IMG/VR virus record: IMGVR_UViG_3300032896_000001
Span: 1-64,000 of that record
DNA from: a virus
Direction: 5' to 3' (one strand)
Length of the DNA: 64,000 nt
Every line of letters begins with the position of its first letter. Position 1 is the first letter of the stretch. Positions 8,790 to 18,066 of this stretch are shown piece by piece. The notes beneath the pieces are model-generated. The model made no database searches. It was not told the origin of the DNA and worked only from the letters and a program-made list of their open reading frames with translations. The translations under genes and the position numbers were made by a program.

Positions 8790-9065
8790 ATGCCGGACGA
8801 CGTGACCGCCGTCGCTGATGAGTGGATCGAGGTCGGCGACGCCGCCACCATGCTCGGGTTCGACGCCGAGACCATCCACCGTCTCGTCCGCGACAAGTCA
8901 TGGCCGTCGATCGGCATCGCCGGCAACGGGCGCACCGCCCGCCGCATCCCCCGCGCCCTCGTCATCGAGGCCCGCCGCGCCGTGTTCTCCGGTGAGACGG
9001 TGGAACTCCGCGACTTCGCCCGCACATGGTCGGCTCGCAACGCCTCACCCGAGGCGGTGGCGTAG
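8790..9065 (+). CDS. Excisionase/Cro-like HTH, divergent from the regulator pair
   Basis: WIEVGDAATMLGFDAETIHRL; upstream TTGACG-N17-TTCACT at 8702-8730. Confidence 0.75.
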   Translation: MPDDVTAVADEWIEVGDAATMLGFDAETIHRLVRDKSWPSIGIAGNGRTARRIPRALVIEARRAVFSGETVELRDFARTWSARNASPEAVA

Positions 9066-9242
9066 ATGGGCCGCCTTGAGCTGACCGACGTCTGCGCGGG
9101 CTGCGGGGCCGTGCTCTGGATCGGGCAGGCGCATTCCTGCCCGCGCCGTGCACTGGCCCCCGAAACGCAACGGCCCGCCTCGGCGATCTCAGCGCCGGGC
9201 GGGCCATGGACATCCCAATCGCCTCCCGATCGGACATCCGAC

Positions 9243-10753
9243 ATGAATCTAACCGCTGAAGCCCCCGCCCGCACCCAGGACGCCGACGACACGCCCGCGC
9301 TTGACGCGGGCCGCACCAGCCGCATGGCGGCGACCCTCCTCCGGAGGGGCTGCTCCCCGGAGAGCGTCCGCGAGTACGCGGCATCCCGCCCCCGGTTCGC
9401 TTACATGTGGGACGCGATCGCGGGCGCGATGACCGCGCTCGCCGACGACGCGCCTGCGGTGCCCGCCCAGCGGACCGCCCCCGCACCCGAGACGGCCCCG
9501 TCATGAGCGCCGTGACGATCGCCTACGCGCGCACCGCGACGGAGGGCGGCCGGGTCGTCGCCCGGGAGGAGCGCGTCACCGCGCTGCCCGGCCGCGTCTG
9601 CATCCGGAAGTTCCGCGACGGCCGCTCCCGGCCCGGCCACGGCCTGGAGATCCGGACCCGCTTCCCGGCTTTCACGGCCTGGCGGGTCGGCCGGGCGCTG
9701 AGGCGAGACGGGTACGTGCGCCGTGGCTAGCGTCCTGCGCTCGTCCGCGACCACCGCCGCCGAGCTCAACCAGTGGTTCGCCGGCATCGACGCCATGCGC
9801 GAGTCCGACAACCCCGGCGGGGAGCACGCCGGCGAGGCGACCCTGGAAGCCGGGCAGGCCGCGGTCGACGCCCTCAACGCGAGCAGGGGGAAGCGGTGAA
9901 CGCCGAGGCCCTGTACGACGCTCTCATGTGCGCGGCCGAGGCCGTCATCGCGGGAGAGGTCGGCGAGACCGGCAGGCAGGAAGCCGCGCTGATGGAGGCG
10001 TCCATCGCATCCGTCGGCGCTTTCCCCGCCGGGAGCCGCGAGGCCGACGCGCTCGGGATCATCCTCGAGGCCGCAGGCCGGATACGCGAGGCGACGCCGT
10101 GAACCGCAACAGCCAGACGCCCCCGGATCCGCGTGACTGCATCCTTTGCGCGAGCCTAACCGGCCCCGGCTGCCCTCACCACCCGAGGAGTTCGTCATGA
10201 CCGACATCATCGACACGTCCGACTTCAAGGCGCTGCGCAGCCTCGCCGCCCGGTGGCGCGGAGGCATGCTGTCCGCCCGGTTCGCGAAGGAGCTCGACTG
10301 CGTCCTGGACGTGATCGCGGCCCGGCGCGAGGTGGGCGGCGACGTCTTCTACACCGGCACCCACGGCGACAGCATCACCGAGCTCCGCGAGGACGCTCTG
10401 TCCCAGGCGATGGCCCTGTGGGGCGAGAAGGCGCGCTGCGAAGTCGAGAGCGTCGGCAGCGTCCAAGGCTTGCGCCACAGCGCGTTCCGCTTCGGGGCCA
10501 CGGTCTGGGTGCGGTGCCTCAACTACGAGGAGGTCCGCAAGTGACCGCCTCCGACTTCATCCGCTCGGTCCTCGCCGGGCTCGCGATCTCGGCGATGTTC
10601 GCCGCGGTCTTCTTCGCGGTCAGGCCCGCGCCGCCGGCCCCGGTCTGGGTCTTCGTGCCGTCGGCCTTCAGCCCCGCCGCCGTCCCCTCGGCGTCGCCGA
10701 CGTGCCCTGCCGCGATACCCGGCCTGACCGAATGCGGGAGGACTGCGCGATGA
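9243..10753 (+). other. Cluster of about six small hypothetical ORFs
   Basis: Overlapping stops and starts; ORF track stops at 9506, 9730, 10102, 10544, 10753. Confidence 0.55.
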
Positions 10754-11058
10754 CCGCCCCGGCCCTGATCTTCCGCCCCGGCTCCGCTGACCCCTGGTCG
10801 CGCCGGGAGACCCCGCTGGACTGGCAGGCCCACGCGGCGTGCCTGAACACGGGTCCGGACCTGATGTTTCCCGAAAAGGGCGACAGGAGCCCGGCCCCCA
10901 AGCGGATCTGCGGCTACTGCCCCGCCCGCCGCGAGTGCCTTGAGTACGCGCTCGAGAACGACGAACGGCACGGAATCTGGGGCGGACTGACGCTGCGCGA
11001 GCGCCGTCGGCTGCCCCGCCCCGCCGCCCCGCAGATCGCCAGGAGGCTAGCAGCATGA
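10750..11058 (+). CDS. whiB: WhiB-family Fe-S transcription factor
   Basis: WQAHAAC...FP...ICGYCP...CLEYAL...GIWGGLT; four Cys plus GIWGG. Confidence 0.95.
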   Translation: MTAPALIFRPGSADPWSRRETPLDWQAHAACLNTGPDLMFPEKGDRSPAPKRICGYCPARRECLEYALENDERHGIWGGLTLRERRRLPRPAAPQIARRLAA

Positions 11059-11273
11059 CCGCACGCGCCCTCGACCTCGAGGTGCTCCGCAACGGCAGGC
11101 CGCAGGACACGTTCCAGGCGAACGGCGACCCTGAGGATCTCGCGTGGCTTCAGAAGCGGCTGCAGGGCTGGCTCGAGGCGAAAAAGTGGGACCGGCCGCT
11201 GTGGGGCGCGTTCGAGATCGTGGCGCGCGAGGCCGGGAAGTCCCGCCAGCTCGCGAAGGCGAGGGCCGTGTGA
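11055..11273 (+). CDS. Hypothetical protein
   Basis: ATGA coupling to whiB. Confidence 0.6.
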   Translation: MTARALDLEVLRNGRPQDTFQANGDPEDLAWLQKRLQGWLEAKKWDRPLWGAFEIVAREAGKSRQLAKARAV

Positions 11274-11818
11274 TGCCGTACGCCCGCGACCGGATCGCGC
11301 CGGCGAGCAGCGAAAGCGCCCGCCGCCGCCGGGACATGTTCGGGTATCTTCACGCACCCGGCAACCCCGGCGACTGGGAAGATCGTTTCCACTCCGCCAT
11401 CGCCTGGCTCGGCTCGGCGCTCGTGTACTCGCGGCGCCGCAGCTACCCGTCCGCCGCCCGCCGGGAATGGGCGCACGCCCGGCGGCTGCAGATCATCGCC
11501 GACGCGGCCGCCGCCGTTCAGGAAGCCGGGAACGCGGTGGACGCCGCCTTCCCGGAGCACCGCTCGTCATGGGATCGCCGTCAGGCGCTCCGGGGCGCCT
11601 ACCACCGGGCGCGCGAGACGCGCTCCGTCGACGAGCGGCCGTGGCGGCTGGACGCGTCTCGCGCCTGGCTGATGACCGGGATGCGCCAGGCCGAGCGGTA
11701 CGCCGCCCGCCGCGGCGCCCCCGAGGCGCTGGCGGAGGTTGCGCGGATCGTGAACGAGGTCGCCGGCAGGCTCGCCGCATGGGCCGAGGAGATGGACTCT
11801 GATGACTACGGCCAGTGA
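11273..11818 (+). CDS. Hypothetical protein
   Basis: TGATG coupling; GC-rich third positions. Confidence 0.6.
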   Translation: MPYARDRIAPASSESARRRRDMFGYLHAPGNPGDWEDRFHSAIAWLGSALVYSRRRSYPSAARREWAHARRLQIIADAAAAVQEAGNAVDAAFPEHRSSWDRRQALRGAYHRARETRSVDERPWRLDASRAWLMTGMRQAERYAARRGAPEALAEVARIVNEVAGRLAAWAEEMDSDDYGQ

Positions 11819-12251
11819 CGAGCTGGGGCTGAGGGAAGCAGGGAAGGCAGTCGAGCGGGATTCCCTGCCGGAGTCTCTACGCGGGCAGGTGCGGACGTGC
11901 GCGAGCAGTCTACCACTTCCCTCCGCGACCGCCCTCCCTCCCGTCACGGAACGTGCCCGCGCTGCGGCTGCCATGGCGGTCCGCGCAGGCGCGAAGGCGG
12001 CCGAGCTCGCCGACCGCCCGGGCTCGCTGGTCCACGCCCAGCCGCCGACTTTCGCCCAGGCGCTGGCACGCCACCATGAGCGCGCGGCGGCGCACCAGGC
12101 ACCGCTCCTCCGGGGCCTTCGCCTCGTCTGGGGATACGCCCACGTGCTGCTCGTCAAGCCGCCGCTGAACCTGCTCGAGTGGGTCACCGAGACGCCGCTG
12201 CGCGCCCTCGGGGCCGTGGCCCTCGTCCTGATCGTCTACTTCTTCCGCTAG
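11802..12251 (+). CDS. Membrane protein of the transfer module
   Basis: C-terminal hydrophobic helices; located upstream of traB. Confidence 0.6.
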   Translation: MTTASDELGLREAGKAVERDSLPESLRGQVRTCASSLPLPSATALPPVTERARAAAAMAVRAGAKAAELADRPGSLVHAQPPTFAQALARHHERAAAHQAPLLRGLRLVWGYAHVLLVKPPLNLLEWVTETPLRALGAVALVLIVYFFR

Positions 12252-12260
12252 GAGCCACCC

Positions 12261-12686
12261 GTGAACCTGACCGTCGCCGAGCTGGGAGTGCTGCTGCTCC
12301 TGCTGTTCGGCCTGTTCCACTACCTGCGGATACTCGCCAAGACAAGATCCGTGCTCGCGTTCCTCGGCGCGGTCGCCGTCGGGCTGACCGGGACTGTCGG
12401 GCGCATCGCGGCGGGCGTCGCGGACTGGGCGCAGCACGCGGTCGGGTCGGTCACGGCGTGGGCGTTCGGCTCCGCGGTGTCCGCCGCGCTGTTCATCGCC
12501 CTGGTCATCCTGCTCGCCCATGACCTGCACCCGAGGAAGTCGGCCAGCGCCCGCACCGGCTACCTGGCGCTCGCGGCCGGGGTGCTCCTCGTCGCGGGCG
12601 TCTCGCAGATCCCCGCGCTCGCCCCCGCGGCCGGCGCCATCCGCTCGCTCCTGGCGCAACTCGCCCAGTTCGTGAACACCCTGTGA
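12261..12686 (+). CDS. Four-transmembrane Spd-like membrane protein
   Basis: Four hydrophobic stretches; context upstream of traB. Confidence 0.65.
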   Translation: MNLTVAELGVLLLLLFGLFHYLRILAKTRSVLAFLGAVAVGLTGTVGRIAAGVADWAQHAVGSVTAWAFGSAVSAALFIALVILLAHDLHPRKSASARTGYLALAAGVLLVAGVSQIPALAPAAGAIRSLLAQLAQFVNTL

Positions 12687-12693
12687 GGCCGCC

Positions 12694-14088
12694 GTGCAGC
12701 TCATCGTCCTGATCATCTTCATCTACGCCGCGAAGTCCGCGTGGGAAGACGCGCGCAAGGCGTGGCGCACGTCGAAGACCGCCTACATGAAAAGCGCCGA
12801 CGCCCGGTTCCCCGGAGCCCCGAAGTCCCGCCGGGCGGCGTGGGCGATCCGGCATGACGCCGGGTACTGGGCGTCGCAGCTGGCGAACGGCCTCCCGTCG
12901 GCCCGGCACGGGTTCGCCGCCGGATGGCACCAGGGCCGCGACGCGCAGACCGCCGCGCGGACAGCGCGGGAGGAAGCCCGCACGCGGCGCCTGGAGAACC
13001 AGGCTGACCACGCCGAGCGCCTGTCGGGGTTCCGCGAGCGGCAGCAGGACGCGCTCCGGCGCTGGCGGGAGGCGATGAACGCCGACCGGGAGCGGGAAAC
13101 CGAGGGCGCCGTCACGGGGGAAGGCAGCGCAGGAAGCGGGGAAGGCAGTCCCGATTTCCCTCGCCTCATGCACGTCAGGAGCAGGAGCGGCCAGCCGCTC
13201 AACATGTTCACAGGCGACCCCTTCGACACCATCACCGTCTACGACGCCGACGACCTGCGCCGCCGGCAGGAAGCCGCCGCCGGGAACCCGGACATCGAGA
13301 TCACGACGGAGCCGCTGCCCGAGCCCGAAGACGGCGCGGTGAGCCGGACCGACTGCTGCCTGTGCGGCCTCCCCCTCGCGGCGGGCGACGGCAACGACGG
13401 CTACACCCACGCCCGTTGCGACGACGTGCACGAGCGGGACAACGCCGCGCACAACATCGGCGACAACCGCGACCTTGACGAGGTCGAGGCCGACATGCGG
13501 GAGCAGGGCATGTGCCCGTGGCAGATCCGGGCGCCCGGGTGGGACGGCTGCGGCCTCTACTGCGGCCGGCCGATCACCGGCACGGGCGGCGACCGGCCGG
13601 ACGAGTACTGCCTCCTGCACCAGGCGCAGGCGGACGGCGACGACGAAGGGGCCGCGCAGGAGCTGAACGAGCACGTTCAGGGGCTTCTTCGGAAGGCGGA
13701 CCGGCAGGAAAGCCCTGCATCCGCGCAGGCAGCACCATCAACCCAGGGAGAACAGCACATGGCATCCGACGTCACCTACGACAGCGTGATCACGAGCATG
13801 GCGGCCGAGCAGGCAAGCGCCGAGCAGCGCGCGGCCGAGCAGCAGCAGGCCGTCGCCCGCGCGAGCGCGATGGCCGACCAGATGCAGGGCCTCGAGGTCG
13901 ACTCCGCGACGCTGAGCGCGATGTACGACCACCTCGAAGCGCAGGACGCCGCCAGCAAGGCGCAGGCGCGCGTGCTGGAGACCGCCGCGGCGGTCGGCGC
14001 GACCCTGAGGCGCGGCCACGCCGGCCTCGCGGAAGCTCACCAAAGCGCCCCGGTTCAGGCCGCGACTCGCGACTTCTATCAGGGTTGA
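12694..14088 (+). CDS. Multidomain transfer-associated protein (N-terminal TM, Cys motifs, C-terminal helical domain)
   Basis: Hydrophobic N-terminus; CCLCG and CGLYCG; C-terminal MASDVTYDS...RDFYQG with its own possible RBS near 13745. Confidence 0.65.
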   Translation: MQLIVLIIFIYAAKSAWEDARKAWRTSKTAYMKSADARFPGAPKSRRAAWAIRHDAGYWASQLANGLPSARHGFAAGWHQGRDAQTAARTAREEARTRRLENQADHAERLSGFRERQQDALRRWREAMNADRERETEGAVTGEGSAGSGEGSPDFPRLMHVRSRSGQPLNMFTGDPFDTITVYDADDLRRRQEAAAGNPDIEITTEPLPEPEDGAVSRTDCCLCGLPLAAGDGNDGYTHARCDDVHERDNAAHNIGDNRDLDEVEADMREQGMCPWQIRAPGWDGCGLYCGRPITGTGGDRPDEYCLLHQAQADGDDEGAAQELNEHVQGLLRKADRQESPASAQAAPSTQGEQHMASDVTYDSVITSMAAEQASAEQRAAEQQQAVARASAMADQMQGLEVDSATLSAMYDHLEAQDAASKAQARVLETAAAVGATLRRGHAGLAEAHQSAPVQAATRDFYQG

Positions 14089-14103
14089 GAGAAGCCAGCG
14101 GTC

Positions 14104-14457
14104 ATGCCCCGGAGCACCAGGAAGCCGGATGTTCCGGGGCTGGCCGTCCGGCGTCACTACTGCGGGCAAGGCTGGGAGATCATCCACGAGCCGTCAGGAG
14201 CGACACTCGGCCTCTGGCTGAGGCTTCGCCGTCAAGCCGAAGCGGCCATGTCTGACTTCGGCGGTACCGGCGAAGACTTCACCCTCACCCGCGATGAACT
14301 GCAGAAAAGCCAGAAATTCCGAGAGATCGGGACAGTACTCAAGGATTGGCGCGACCGGCAACGGCACTGCTGCCGGGATGGCGAGCACTACTCAGTCCAC
14401 TCGTACGCGATGGAAGGCCGCTGCACCGGAGACAACGGGGCCCCTCGCCGTTCGTGA
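14104..14457 (+). CDS. Hypothetical protein, lower GC than neighbours
   Basis: GWEIIHEPSG; atypical codon usage. Confidence 0.5.
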   Translation: MPRSTRKPDVPGLAVRRHYCGQGWEIIHEPSGATLGLWLRLRRQAEAAMSDFGGTGEDFTLTRDELQKSQKFREIGTVLKDWRDRQRHCCRDGEHYSVHSYAMEGRCTGDNGAPRRS

Positions 14458-14500
14458 CCGACGACCCGCAATCAGCTTTATTCGAGAAAGGAACACGACG

Positions 14501-16513
14501 ATGCCGCGACGGCGAACGCGGGAAGTGCCGCGCTGGAAGCGCGGCAAGACCACGCAGCATCCCGCGCAGGTCATCCAGCTGCGCGGCCGCGACGCCCGCT
14601 CCCTCGTCCGGGAGCTCGCAGTCCGCGACGCAGGGCAGGCAGGGAAGGCAGGCAGCGGGGCTGCGCCCGTCAACGACGCCCTCGCCCGCACCGGGGCGTG
14701 GCGGCGCCGGCGGTCGCTCCCCCCGCTCGCCTGGGGCGCTGGCATCGCGGTGCTGGGCGCGGCGATGCGCGCCACCCCGAACCCGGTCCTGTTCGGCATC
14801 CTCGGCGGCATCGCGGCGTCCGCCCTCGAGGTGCTGCTCACCCGCCACCTGTCGGCGTTCGCCCGGCACTGGCACAACGCCGGCGCGTTCCTCGCCCTCG
14901 CCTGGGTGCCGACGCTCGCCGCCTTCGGGTTCGGCGCGCCCGCCCCCGCCGCGCTCGCCCTCACGTGGCTCGTGCCGTCCGCCTTCTGGTGGCGGCACTA
15001 CCGCATCAGGCAGGAAGGCAGCGCAGAGCAGGCAGTGCAGCCGGGCGATTCGCCTGACCAGGTCATATGGGAGCGGCTCGCCGCGAAACGCCGCTGGGCC
15101 GGCCGCCTGCAGAACCCCGAGGGCATCCCCGACGGGCGGAAGTGGGAGATCGTCCTTGACGGCTCGGAAACCAACATCGGCGAGGTGCTCTCGCAGCCGC
15201 GCGCCCTCGCCGCCGCCTACGACAAGGCCATGACCGAGGCGTACGCCGAACCGCACCCGACCGGGGTCGAGTCGCGCGGCGTGCTGACTCTCCTGAAGGC
15301 CGGGACGCTGCAGGCCGGCCATGACTGGGACGGCAGGGGATTCAACGAGCAGGGAATCGCCCGCGTCGGGCGGTTCGCCGACAGTCAGCCGGTCCGCATC
15401 CGGGTTTTCGTGCCCCGCGACGGCACCAGGCACAGCCTGATCGCCGGAACCACAAGGGCGGGCAAGTCAGAGCTGCTGAATCTGATTCTGTGGCTTGCGG
15501 TCCGGTCCGAGGTCCCGATCGTGCCCGTGATCCTGGACCCGCAGAACGGCCAGTCGCTCCCCCAGTGGGCCGGCAAGGTCATCTACGCCGCCGGCGCGGA
15601 GGAGTGCGCCCGCCTGCGGCGAGGGCTGAACGCCGGCATGATGGACCGCTCGCGCCGCCTCGCGTCGATGAGGTGGGATGACGACGGGCACACGGCTAAG
15701 GGCTTCAACTTCTTCGACGCCCGCCTGTCCGGCCTGCCGATCGTCATGGTCATCACAGACGAGGCGCCCGTGCTGCTGTCCGGCGGCGGCAACGCGACCC
15801 TCGCCGCCGAGATGATCCGCCTCACGGCCGAGAGCGGCAAACTCGGGGGCAAGGTCGGCGACAGCGAGATCGTCGTCGCCCAGGTGCCTTCCCTCGGCGA
15901 GCTCGGCGACCAGGCGCTCCGGTCGATGCTCGTCGGCGGCAACGTCATCGGCCTCCGGACGGGCGACAAGGTGTCCGGAGGCATGGCCGGCCTCGAAGCC
16001 GACCCGCACGCCCTGCCGAAGTACTTCCCGAACGGGGAGCCGACCTACGGGCTCGGCTACGCGGTCACGATGGACAACCGGCAGGCCCCGATGCGGACCG
16101 ACATCGTGCCGTCACGCATGCGGCACCAGCCCGTCACCGTTCCCTCGCTGGAAGACGAGTTCCTCGAGGCGATGGACCGGGCGATGGGCGCTCAGGGCGT
16201 CCTACTGCCTTCCCTGCCTGCGCTGCCTTCCCTCCCCCCGCCGGCGGACACGGACGTGGACGGCCCGGAGGGGCGCCGCTGCACCGACGCCGTCCTCCAG
16301 GTCCTCGCGGACAGGGGGAAGGAGATGGAGCGCGGCGAGATCATCAAGTGGGTCGGGAAGCTCGCCGTGACCGGCTGGGGCCGCGCGAAGCCGTTCAGCA
16401 TCAAGTCCGTCGGCGACGCCCTCAGGAAACTCACCGAGGCCGGGACGATAACCAGGGTCCGGGGCGGCGTGTACCAGGCGGCTAGCACGCAGGAGGCCAG
16501 GCCTTCCCGGTAA
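14501..16513 (+). CDS. traB: TraB/FtsK-SpoIIIE-family conjugative DNA translocase
   Basis: N-terminal TM segments, Walker A HSLIAGTTRAGKS, ILDPQ, Walker B VMVITDEAP, C-terminal winged helix; RBS GAAAGGA. Confidence 0.85.
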   Translation: MPRRRTREVPRWKRGKTTQHPAQVIQLRGRDARSLVRELAVRDAGQAGKAGSGAAPVNDALARTGAWRRRRSLPPLAWGAGIAVLGAAMRATPNPVLFGILGGIAASALEVLLTRHLSAFARHWHNAGAFLALAWVPTLAAFGFGAPAPAALALTWLVPSAFWWRHYRIRQEGSAEQAVQPGDSPDQVIWERLAAKRRWAGRLQNPEGIPDGRKWEIVLDGSETNIGEVLSQPRALAAAYDKAMTEAYAEPHPTGVESRGVLTLLKAGTLQAGHDWDGRGFNEQGIARVGRFADSQPVRIRVFVPRDGTRHSLIAGTTRAGKSELLNLILWLAVRSEVPIVPVILDPQNGQSLPQWAGKVIYAAGAEECARLRRGLNAGMMDRSRRLASMRWDDDGHTAKGFNFFDARLSGLPIVMVITDEAPVLLSGGGNATLAAEMIRLTAESGKLGGKVGDSEIVVAQVPSLGELGDQALRSMLVGGNVIGLRTGDKVSGGMAGLEADPHALPKYFPNGEPTYGLGYAVTMDNRQAPMRTDIVPSRMRHQPVTVPSLEDEFLEAMDRAMGAQGVLLPSLPALPSLPPPADTDVDGPEGRRCTDAVLQVLADRGKEMERGEIIKWVGKLAVTGWGRAKPFSIKSVGDALRKLTEAGTITRVRGGVYQAASTQEARPSR

Positions 16514-16567
16514 GCACCATCGGCGAGCCCAACCGGGGCCCGCCGAAAAACCAAGAGGAGAGAACGA

Positions 16568-16879
16568 ATGTCACTACCCAACCTGACCCCCGACCAGCGT
16601 GCGCAGGCACTCCGGAAGGCCGCGGTCGTCCGCAAGGAGCGCTCCGAGGTGAAGAACCGCATCAGGCGCGGGACCCTGACGCTCGCCGAGGTCATCGGCG
16701 CCGAGGGCGACGTGGTCGGGAAGATGAAGATCTCCGCCCTGCTGACCGCTGTTCCCGGGGTGGGGAAGGTGAAGGCCGCGCAGATCATGGAGTCGGCGGG
16801 GATCGCCCCGAACCGCACTGTGCGGGGTCTCGGCCGGAACCAGCGGGCGGCCCTCGAGCAGGAGTTCAGCGCCGCCTGA
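16568..16879 (+). CDS. mihF: Actinobacterial integration host factor (mIHF/sIHF)
   Basis: LPNLTPDQRAQALRKAA..R.E.K...GKMKISALL..VPGVGKVKA..IM...IAPNR.VRGLG.NQR. Confidence 0.95.
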   Translation: MSLPNLTPDQRAQALRKAAVVRKERSEVKNRIRRGTLTLAEVIGAEGDVVGKMKISALLTAVPGVGKVKAAQIMESAGIAPNRTVRGLGRNQRAALEQEFSAA

Positions 16880-16980
16880 CGCCCCGCAGTCGTGGCCGGC
16901 CCGGACGGAAGCGGCCCCCGGACGGGCCGGTCACCCGAAACACCGAAATCGACGGACATGATCATTAAGGACGGGAGAGC

Positions 16981-18066
16981 ATGGACGACATGAGCCCTGC
17001 GAAGCACGCCGCGAGGAACTGGCACGGGACCGCGCTGGCGGCCCTCATCGCCCTGATCGCGCTCGGCCTGGCCGCGTACGCCGCCGCCGCGTCCTACGAC
17101 ACCGTGTCCGCGCAGGCCGTCATCCACGGGGTGTCGCTGCCGCGCCTGAACCCGATCGGGATAGACGGCGGCCTGTTCGGCATCATCATCTTCGACATCG
17201 CCCTCACCTGGCAGGGCCGGGCGATCTGGTGGCTGCGCCTGGCCGCCCGCGTGTTCGCGCTCGGCACGGTCGCCGCGAACGCCGCCGCCGGGTGGCCCAG
17301 CGCCTACGGCGTCGGGCTCCGCATCGCGGCCCCGGCGCTGTTCGTCCTCATCGTGGAGGGCGGGCGCAGGGTCCTGCTCCACGCCCGGCACGCGGACGAG
17401 CGGGAAAGGCGGGAGGCGCGCAGGGCGGAGCGCCGCGCAGAGCGGGAGCGCCGCCGCGGCGACCGCATCCCGGCGATGCGATGGCTGCTCGACTTCCGCG
17501 GCACCCTCGCCATCTGGAAGCGCATGCAGCTGTGGCGGGAGCCCTCCTACGCGAAGGCGGTCGGCATGGAGCTGGAGCGGCTCGCCGCGATCGAGAAGCT
17601 CGCCGCCCGGTACCGCCCGGGCGCGTGGCAGGACAAGGCCCCCGCCGACCTGGTGTGGATGCTGACCGCCGGCGTGCGGATGGCCGAGGCGCTCGAGCGG
17701 GTGGCGGAACTGACCCGGGCCGAGCCCGCGGTAACGCCGGTCCTCGCCGTGGTGTCCGCCCGGAAGGCCGCCGGTTCCGCGCGGCGGACCGGTACCGGCC
17801 CCGCCCGGTCCGGTTCCGCCCCCCGGCCCGATACTCGTACCGCGCCCGAGGACGACCTCGAGCTTGAGGCGCGAGCATTGAAACTGCTGGCCACGAACCT
17901 GAACATGACCGGCGGGGAACTCGGGCGGAGGCTGGGCGTCAGCGAGGGCTACGGCCGCAAGCTGCGCCGTCGCCTGACCGATACCGGTCCTCTTGAAGCG
18001 GCACCGGACCGCTCCGATGACCGGACTGGTTCCGCTGCGGCGGACCGCAGCGAGGGCCGGGCATGA
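16981..18066 (+). CDS. DUF2637-like membrane protein with C-terminal HTH (Spd-like)
   Basis: ASYD...PIGIDG, four TM helices, coiled coil, MTGGELGRRLGVSEGYGR. Confidence 0.8.
   Translation: MDDMSPAKHAARNWHGTALAALIALIALGLAAYAAAASYDTVSAQAVIHGVSLPRLNPIGIDGGLFGIIIFDIALTWQGRAIWWLRLAARVFALGTVAANAAAGWPSAYGVGLRIAAPALFVLIVEGGRRVLLHARHADERERREARRAERRAERERRRGDRIPAMRWLLDFRGTLAIWKRMQLWREPSYAKAVGMELERLAAIEKLAARYRPGAWQDKAPADLVWMLTAGVRMAEALERVAELTRAEPAVTPVLAVVSARKAAGSARRTGTGPARSGSAPRPDTRTAPEDDLELEARALKLLATNLNMTGGELGRRLGVSEGYGRKLRRRLTDTGPLEAAPDRSDDRTGSAAADRSEGRA

Larger units (their letters stand above)
11833..16231. repeat. Dispersed GGAAGGCAG repeats (TRS/clt-like)
   Basis: Plus strand at 11842, 13119, 13140, 14643, 15013; minus strand at 16205, 16223; near-match (GGGAAGGCA) on minus at 15885. 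Confidence 0.75.

Noticed and set aside
11833-16231. CRISPR array
   Set aside because: Repeats are 9 bp, irregularly spaced and inside genes; no cas genes. No CRISPR array was seen anywhere in the window.
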